A DNA stretch of 5,803 nt, from the NCBI GenBank assembly GCA_033442325.1, contig JAWQFM010000007.1:405221-411023 (forward strand), given 5' to 3'. The stretch is from Salpingoeca rosetta. Lineage: Eukaryota > Protista > Choanoflagellata. Numbering within the stretch: position 1 is the stretch's first letter; each line of letters begins with the position of its first letter. Positions 1 through 5,803 of the stretch are shown piece by piece. Under the pieces are notes generated by a model. The model was not told the DNA's origin. It did not search any database and saw nothing but the letters and a program-made list of their open reading frames with translations. The position numbers and the translations under genes were made by a program.

Positions 1-448
<448 letters not shown>

Positions 449-450
<2 letters not shown>

Positions 451-574
451 CATGCGCTTGTAGACGGCCTGGCCCTGCAGTGACTCCACGTTGAAGCTGT
501 TTGTCTTTGTTGGCATGATGATGAAGGCAACCACCGTCACGGGGTTCGCCTGCGATTGAAGCTTGTAGTTCAAC
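449..574 (-). CDS. GYS: Glycogen synthase exon 13 ([41 protein letters not shown])
   Basis: Acceptor tgtag|, donor AC|[15 protein letters not shown] and FNVE.L.GQA motifs. Confidence 0.94.
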
Positions 575-1032
575 CTACACATTTGAGAGGGGGTGGGGGT
601 GGGGTGGGGTGGGTGGAGAAAAGTGGCACGAGAAATTGTCAAGGGAAAGGACAGCGCGACACGTGAGTGTGTTCGGTTGTGCTTTCATCACAAGTCGGGC
701 GCATGCAACACAAAGTGGCCCATTGCAATTGCGAGCATAAAACACAAACACAAGCATGTTTTACACCAACAACACCCCCATCACCAGCATCACCACTGCC
801 GTCGGCGTACCGTGCCAGGGCCTCGAGGTACATGTCTGCGCCCTTGTTGATGAGCTCGTAGCGGCCTGCCGTGAAGAAGTACAGCGTCTTGTCCAGATCA
901 AAGTCGAGGTGGCCGTAAAAGTGCCCGCGCACAAACTTGTGGATCTTCTCCTTGGCCGTCGCGTGTCTGTTCTGGAACTCGTGCAGTGCGCTGAACTTGA
1001 CAACATTCAGCCCTGATGGCGTAGTAGTGTTG

Positions 1033-1085
<53 letters not shown>

Positions 1086-1823
1086 CGTGTGTGTGTGTGC
1101 GTAAATGTGCAAGTGTGAGCCCAAGACAGCACTGTCAGCCACAGCAGTGACACAAACACTCGCATCATCCAAGTCAAACCAAAGCTATCCTAATGAACAA
1201 ACACACACACACACACAACGAACACGACCAAGAGATCACGCGTGCGTACCATTTGGGGTGATGCAGTCTGGCTTTCGTTTGAGAAGGTGCTCGGCCTCGA
1301 GCGCTGTGATCTCAGACACGGTCGTGAACACATGTGCACCGTGCGCCGACGCGCGCTCAATGCAGTAGCGGTGATAGATTTGGCGATCCCTGGTTGGCGG
1401 GGGTGGCGATGACGGTCGTGGTAGTGTTAGTGGTTGTGGTGGCCGTGGCCGTGGCCGTTGCCGTGGCCGTGGCCGTTGCCGTGGTTGTGGACAGCCAGTG
1501 CAAAATAAAGCATGCGACATGCTCATGTTGTTGATTGTATCATCACATGTTCAACAGCAACGTAGACCTCACCCACGCTCGCACGCTCGCACGCTCGCAC
1601 GCTCGCACAAGGCACACGTGATCATGATTGAGTGTCTGGCACGCGTACCCTGCTTCCTTGTCCACGTCAAACTTGTCCAGCCGGTTGTAAAAGTCCTGGC
1701 TCTTGTCGGCGCACAAGTACCTGTCACACAAGGATCAGTGGTGATAAGCACAGACAAAACAGGTTACATCCCAGTCACGTGTGGGTTGAACGCGTGTGGG
1801 TATGTATGCTAGCATGCACGCGA

Positions 1824-1880
<57 letters not shown>

Positions 1881-1985
1881 ACACACACACCTGCCGAGGA
1901 GGGTGGCGTGTGTGGTAAAGACGGTGGCGATGGGGAGATTGCGGACGCGCGACAGCACAAGGCCGATACCAGCTGGCAGCAGTCG

Positions 1986-2023
<38 letters not shown>

Positions 2024-3288
2024 GTCATCATCGTCATCAACATCATCATCATCATCATCATCGTCATCACCAGCCACCAGCAGCAGGACGAAAGGTGGAA
2101 ATGAGCAACGATGTGAAAGAAAGATGGACACAATGATGGCCATGAAGACAACGCAGTTATGTGCGGACAGCGCCGATCGGTGCAGATGTGTGAAGGAGAC
2201 GCAGTCGCAAGCCAGCACGGGCACGCACCGAGCCATTCGTGAAAGTGGGCAACAACGCTGGTTTTCTCGCCAGCCACCTCAAGTTGGTGCACATACTGCC
2301 AACAGCGAAAAAGGCAGCAAGAAAAGTGATGGGGAAGGAAGAGAGGAATGGAGTGGATGAGTGAGGTTCTTCATCAACCACGGCACGGCAGCTCACACAG
2401 ACACGCTCACGCATTCACACACTCTCACACGCACATCCCCATCCACACATCCACACAATCACACACACGCTCACACACGACACACATATACACACACAAG
2501 CACACACATACACAAGCACATCACATAACAGTCCCAACCAAGGACCGTGTGCGCACCTCGCCAAGGAACCAGGCGACGAGGTAGCCAAAGACAATGGCGC
2601 GGCTGGACTCTTCATCCGAATCCGGACAGCCAATGCCCGTCAGCTCATACAGATCCTACACATACACACAAAATACAAAACACAAACGCACACATGGCAT
2701 ACGTGCACGTGCGTGAGTTGGGCGCGTTAGAGAGGAGGGAAATGGCTCGAACCCACACCGACACACCGCGGCACACAACAGCTTCTACACGGTGTGATTG
2801 TTTTCTGCCAAGACACTACACCAGGTGTGATGATGTGACAAACCTTCTTCCAGCCGCCAAGCTTGTACCACGCAGAGCCAACGTCGAACAGCACGACCTG
2901 TCACGGCAACAGTTGCAGCAACACAGCAGCAACACAGCGCGTAAATGAGCAAAGGGTGAGGGGTGGCGACGACCAAAGCTCACCAAGGGCGCAAGCAAGG
3001 TTAACATTCCGCATGCACTGCCACCACCACCTCGATGCAGGAACACAAACAAGGTGAGTCCTTGTTGTCGTACCCATGGTGCTCCCTCAATGAGCCAGCG
3101 CCCGTAGGTCACGCTGATGCCCTGTGAACGCATGGCTTGCAGCGCGCGCGCCAGCGGCTGTTGCATCGGCAGAAGTTGTCGACAACGTGTGAGCACAGCG
3201 GGGTGAGAGGAAGCAGCGTCACACCTTTTGTACGTGGTGACAACAGCAGACCACTGGTCACTCAATTCGCGATGCAGACCGAACCTCT

Positions 3289-3341
<53 letters not shown>

Positions 3342-4216
3342 CTGATTCGGGTGTGCATTCTTCGACGTCAGTCTTGGCCGTTGCCTCCTGATATGGCCCA
3401 ATCAGACTGCAGCAACAAACACAGCACTAGTCAGTCGTGTGTGCTGATGCGCATATACTGACAGACTGACAGCACACGCCCATGCACACGTGTACAGTAC
3501 ATGTACAAATACTTGCAAAACAAAGGCACACACATCTTTCCGTTCCTCACCAGTAATCGTCTTTGTGAACGCGAGAGAAAGTTGCGGGAACCTTGGTCTT
3601 GATCACAGTGTGAATGCCACCCACTGCATACATCACACACACACACACACGTATGCACAAATTGGATCAGCCAAACACGAACAGACCCATGGGCCAATCG
3701 CGGCAAAGCACGAAAGCAGCAGCTCAAGGTCATCATGTCGGCAGCTGTAGACCACCACACCTTTGTTGCAGACTTCCCAGGCCACCTCGAACGTCATATC
3801 CTTGCGCCTGTCTGGGTCCTCAGCATGTGTGCTTTGGCTGCGAAGGATGCCCTTCACGGCACTCTACAAGCGATGGCATCGCGGCAACACAATGTGGGGT
3901 GTGTGTGTATGTGGGTGAGTGTGTGTGAGTGTGTGTGTGAGAGAGAGTGTGTGTGTGGTGTGTGTGTGTGTATGTGTGTGTGTGTGTGAGTGAGTGTGTG
4001 AGTGTGTGTGTGAGTGTGTGTGTGTGTGAGATGTGGTGGCTGGAACAACTCCGAGCTCAGGTACCTACCCGACCAACAAGACACCCGACCAACACATCCA
4101 AACACAACACACAGCCATCCCAACTGCATGCATATCCGGCAGTCCCGCCACAAACACACACACACATACATACATACCCGCAGCTCCTCATCAGTGGGTA
4201 TCTTGGGAACACTCAT
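449..4216 (-). CDS. GYS: Glycogen synthase (GT3 family), 5' portion, 13 exons: complement(join(449..574,811..1012,1250..1389,1649..1720,1891..1972,2229..2295,2557..2655,2844..2897,3074..3157,3340..3406,3551..3623,3761..3863,4178..4216)); 3' end outside window
   Basis: The spliced translation is open over 1208 nt, with GT-AG introns and matching phases. It carries hallmark GT3 motifs: [116 protein letters not shown]. Confidence 0.97.
589..613 (+). repeat. G-tract repeat (GGGGT)n; G-quadruplex-capable on the + strand, C-rich tract before the exon 13 acceptor on the sense strand
   Basis: G5-T-G5-T-G4-T-G4-T-G3. Confidence 0.75.
811..1012 (-). CDS. GYS: Glycogen synthase exon 12 ([17 protein letters not shown]...[20 protein letters not shown])
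   Basis: Acceptor catcag|, donor CG|GTACGC. Contains the HEFQN G6P-site segment and the GRYE..NKG UDP-binding motif. Confidence 0.96.
1034..1099. repeat. (TG)n microsatellite; (CA)n on the GYS sense strand, acceptor side of intron 11
   Basis: Read directly, with two GC interruptions. Confidence 0.95.
1250..1389 (-). CDS. GYS: Glycogen synthase exon 11 ([46 protein letters not shown])
   Basis: Acceptor aaccag|, donor G|GTACGC, highly conserved GT3 block. Confidence 0.96.
1426..1432 (-). other. Branch point consensus CACTAAC in GYS intron 10
   Basis: CTAAC match about 37 nt upstream of the acceptor AG at 1391-1390. Confidence 0.6.
1442..1483. repeat. Hexamer repeat GCCGT(G/T) x7 with 18-bp higher-order periodicity
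   Basis: Units end in G,G,T,G,G,T,G. Confidence 0.9.
1574..1608. repeat. 8-bp tandem repeat CACGCTCG x4
   Basis: Read directly in intron 10. Confidence 0.9.
1649..1720 (-). CDS. GYS: Glycogen synthase exon 10 ([24 protein letters not shown])
   Basis: Acceptor tgacag|, donor GG|[23 protein letters not shown] motif. Confidence 0.95.
1829..1890. repeat. (AC)n microsatellite starting at the intron 9 donor
   Basis: Read directly, with one AT interruption. Confidence 0.95.
1891..1972 (-). CDS. GYS: Glycogen synthase exon 9 ([28 protein letters not shown])
   Basis: Acceptor gccag|, donor AG|[16 protein letters not shown] motif. Confidence 0.95.
1982..2069. repeat. (TCA/TCG)n trinucleotide repeat, (GAT)n on the sense strand, about 29 units
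   Basis: Read directly; ends about 9 nt before the end of intron 8. Confidence 0.95.
2229..2295 (-). CDS. GYS: Glycogen synthase exon 8 ([22 protein letters not shown])
   Basis: Acceptor ggcag|, donor G|GTGCGT, AHFHEW motif. Confidence 0.93.
2395..2525. repeat. Degenerate (CA)-rich low-complexity tract in intron 7
   Basis: Read directly. Confidence 0.8.
2557..2655 (-). CDS. GYS: Glycogen synthase exon 7 ([33 protein letters not shown])
   Basis: Acceptor tgtag|, donor GAG|[17 protein letters not shown] motif. Confidence 0.94.
2844..2897 (-). CDS. GYS: Glycogen synthase exon 6 ([18 protein letters not shown])
   Basis: Acceptor tgacag|, donor AAG|GTTTGT, V.LFD...W.K pattern. Confidence 0.92.
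3074..3157 (-). CDS. GYS: Glycogen synthase exon 5 ([28 protein letters not shown])
   Basis: Acceptor caacag|, donor TGG|GTACGA, GRWLIEG motif. Confidence 0.92.
3293..3339. repeat. (CA)23 microsatellite starting at the intron 4 donor
   Basis: Read directly. Confidence 0.95.
3340..3406 (-). CDS. GYS: Glycogen synthase exon 4 ([23 protein letters not shown])
   Basis: Acceptor ctgcag|, donor GAG|GTGTGT, LIGPY motif. Confidence 0.9.
3551..3623 (-). CDS. GYS: Glycogen synthase exon 3 ([24 protein letters not shown])
   Basis: Acceptor tgcag|, donor TG|GTGAGG. The KVGG motif is completed across the junction. Confidence 0.93.
3761..3863 (-). CDS. GYS: Glycogen synthase exon 2 ([34 protein letters not shown])
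   Basis: Acceptor cttgtag|, donor G|GTGTGG, conserved FEVAWEV.NK motif. Confidence 0.9.
3899..4030. repeat. Compound (TG)/(GA) microsatellite; (CA)-rich on the sense strand, acceptor half of intron 1
   Basis: Read directly. Confidence 0.9.
4178..4216 (-). CDS. GYS: Glycogen synthase exon 1 ([13 protein letters not shown])
   Basis: ATG at 4216, donor CGG|GTATGT at 4177, phase 0 matching exon 2. The N-terminus is not conserved, so support is from splice signals and phase only. Confidence 0.72.
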
Positions 4217-4219
4217 GCT

Positions 4220-4271
4220 GCTGCTTGCTGATGCTGCTTGCTGATGCTGCTTGCTGATGCTGCTTGCTGAT
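4220..4271. repeat. 13-bp tandem repeat GCTGCTTGCTGAT x4, directly upstream of the GYS start codon
   Basis: Four perfect copies at 4220, 4233, 4246 and 4259. Confidence 0.93.
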
Positions 4272-4651
4272 GGTGTTGCTAGTGCTGTTGACGACTGCTG
4301 ACGGGAACGATGAAGGACAGTTGGAGCAGGTGTAGCAGGTGAAGCAAGAGGGAAGAATGAAAAGCAAAGTGGCTGGCTTGGTTGAGGCGGCTTGGTGCTT
4401 CGGTTGTGATGATGTGACAACAATTAACAACTCACGCCGCGTTCGTTGGCGTGTAGTTCGGCAGCCTTGTTGTTGTTGTTGTTGGTGTTGTGATGAGTTG
4501 CAGTGTCGTGAGTTCTGCTCTCTGCTGCTTCCCTTCTGCTGTTGCTTCTGCCGCTTCTTCTGCAAGTTCTGGTTCTGGATGACGCCGGCTTCGCTTTTGT
4601 TGCACAGCCTGTGCGCGTTTTTCTGTCACTGGTTGGGGGTGATTTCAGCTT

Positions 4652-4659
4652 TGACGTCA
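4652..4659. promoter_or_regulatory. Full CRE palindrome TGACGTCA (candidate CREB/ATF bZIP site)
   Basis: Exact match to the CRE consensus in the intergenic region. Function is not shown. Confidence 0.45.
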
Positions 4660-4814
4660 GTTTTTTCGTCGTGTTTTCATGTAATTTTCCACTGACATCT
4701 TGCTTGCGTCATTGCATGAGGCTGATTTTGTGTGCGGGAGATCGGAACCGCTGTCAATTTATCGTGTCGAGCTAGAACAACATGCTTTGGACATTTCCGT
4801 GTGTCGTCTTGTCG

Positions 4815-4835
4815 CAACAACAACAACAACAACAA
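4815..4835. repeat. (CAA)7 in the putative 5' UTR of the SH3BP5-like gene
   Basis: Read directly. Confidence 0.88.
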
Positions 4836-4858
4836 GAGAGAAGAGAAGTGGAGCAGCG

Positions 4859-4936
4859 ATGTCCCAACAAGGAGAAGAGGAAGTGGATGGGTGGGAAGGG
4901 AAGAACGACCCTGATGATGAATACGCAAACGAGGAG
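4859..4936 (+). CDS. SH3BP5: SH3BP5-like exon 1 (acidic N-terminus), ending at a probable GC donor
   Basis: ATG at 4859 in gcagcgATG, purine-rich acidic codons, GAG|GCAAGT donor in phase with exon 2. Confidence 0.68.
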
Positions 4937-5560
4937 GCAAGTGCACACTGCATGCTGTGTGACGTCTGTTTGTGTGTGTGTGTGTCTGTGTGTTTGTGTG
5001 TGTCTGTCTGTGTATCTGTCTGTCTGTGTGTGTGTGTGTGATGTGCGATCATGCTTGTGTTTTTGCTTGCCCTTCCTTGTTTTTCCTTGCTCCTCCTCCT
5101 TGTTCTTGTTTGCCCTTCCTTGCCCTTGCTTGCCGTTTCCATCGCCATCTGACCACCACCCCTCACCTTCACCGCCTCCTCACACTTACTGGCTGCAACT
5201 GCACACAGGTGGATCCCCGTGTGGAACAGTACCTGGAGCAAATGAACAAGGCCACGGATGACATCAACAAACACGAAAACAAATATGACGTGCGTTGTCT
5301 TTTGGGGGTGTCAAGGGGAAAGGGTTTCGCAGTCTCAACGCTGTATTATGTGTTGATGTGTTTCTTGGATCCTTTTCCTCCTCCACCTGTCTATTTTACC
5401 TGGCCTGCTCCTTACCCCTTTCTGTCTCTCGTCTGTGGGTTTTGACCATCAACCCTTCCTTATTGGTACCTTTCACCCTGCCTCCCTGCCATGCGTAATT
5501 GCAACATATGTCCCGCAGGAGATAAAGGCTGCGTTTCAAGCAGCTCTCTCCAAGATTGAG
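4859..5560 (+). CDS. SH3BP5: SH3BP5 (Sab)/SH3BP5L-like coiled-coil protein (Rab11 GEF family), first three exons: join(4859..4936,5209..5289,5519..5560); continues beyond window
   Basis: The spliced product MSQQGEEEVDGWEGKNDPDDEYANEE|VDPRVEQYLEQMNKATDDINKHENKYD|EIKAAFQAALSKIE resembles the animal SH3BP5 N-terminal signature as I recall it (acidic run, then VDPRIQ.ELE.LN..TDDIN..E.EL...R..F...L). All junctions are phase 0. Confidence 0.82.
4971..5040. repeat. (TG)/(TCTG) compound microsatellite in SH3BP5-like intron 1
   Basis: Read directly. Confidence 0.88.
5209..5289 (+). CDS. SH3BP5: SH3BP5-like exon 2 (VDPRVEQYLEQMNKATDDINKHENKYD)
   Basis: Acceptor cacag|, donor GAC|GTGCGT, VDPR and TDDIN motifs. 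Confidence 0.88.
5519..5560 (+). CDS. SH3BP5: SH3BP5-like exon 3 (EIKAAFQAALSKIE)
   Basis: Acceptor tcccgcag|, donor GAG|GTCAGT, 42 nt, phase 0/0, continues an amphipathic helix. Confidence 0.78.
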
Positions 5561-5568
5561 GTCAGTGT

Positions 5569-5691
<123 letters not shown>

Positions 5692-5803
5692 CTGCTGTGG
5701 TATGTTCATGTGTGGTTGGATCTGCCTTCTGCAGTGCCTTGTACAGTGGCTTCTACAGTGCCCTCACATCATCATTCACCTTCCCCTCCTCAACACACAC
5801 ACA

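Larger units (their letters stand above)
4217..4858. promoter_or_regulatory. Divergent (bidirectional) promoter and 5' UTR region between GYS and SH3BP5-like
   Basis: 642 bp between two outward-facing ATGs. It lacks long dinucleotide tracts, has an AT-richer core at about 4640-4760, and contains TGACGTCA. Confidence 0.7.

Noticed and set aside
1632-2360. Overlapping ORFs with poly-Ser, poly-Met, poly-Asp and poly-His runs
   Set aside because: They are different frames of one intronic (GAT)n repeat plus (CA)n, lying within the GYS gene.
4220-4271. CRISPR-like array from the regular repeats
   Set aside because: These are contiguous tandem units with no spacers, in a eukaryotic context.
4432-4629. 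65-aa minus-strand ORF (…ELAEEAAEATAE…) as an upstream GYS exon or small protein
   Set aside because: It has a GTG start, low complexity, no recognisable homology and no convincing donor. It is more likely purine-rich 5' UTR.
5516-5521. NAGNAG alternative acceptor (CAGGAG)
   Set aside because: GAG acceptors are rarely used, and there is no evidence without transcript data.
5734-5803. Exon 4 of the SH3BP5-like gene after ttctgcag
   Set aside because: The phase-0 translation (CLVQWLLQCPHIIIH) does not resemble the expected coiled-coil continuation. The real exon is probably beyond the window.

Overview
This is eukaryotic, intron-dense genomic DNA rich in (CA)/(TG) microsatellites. The style suggests a choanoflagellate such as Salpingoeca rosetta (inference only). 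It holds two head-to-head genes. (1) Minus strand: the 5' part of a GT3-family (animal/fungal-type) glycogen synthase. I reconstructed 13 phase-consistent GT-AG exons by hand from ATG 4216 down to 449 (1208 nt, about 402 codons); the gene continues beyond the left edge. (2) Plus strand: the first three exons of an SH3BP5/Sab-like coiled-coil protein from ATG 4859, probably with a GC-AG first intron. The 642-bp gap between the ATGs has a perfect CRE palindrome and other bZIP-like sites. The most unexplained region is 1-337, inside the unusually long glycogen synthase intron 13. It is a non-repetitive block with many stems and a pseudoknot-type crossing, and it ends in TTTTTCA directly against a (CA)51 tract. 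It is a candidate terminus of an inserted element or an intronic structured RNA. Several introns also have donor-side (UG)n with acceptor-side (CA)n, or repeats in place of a polypyrimidine tract. Nearly all ORFs in the supplied track are microsatellite artefacts or exon fragments.
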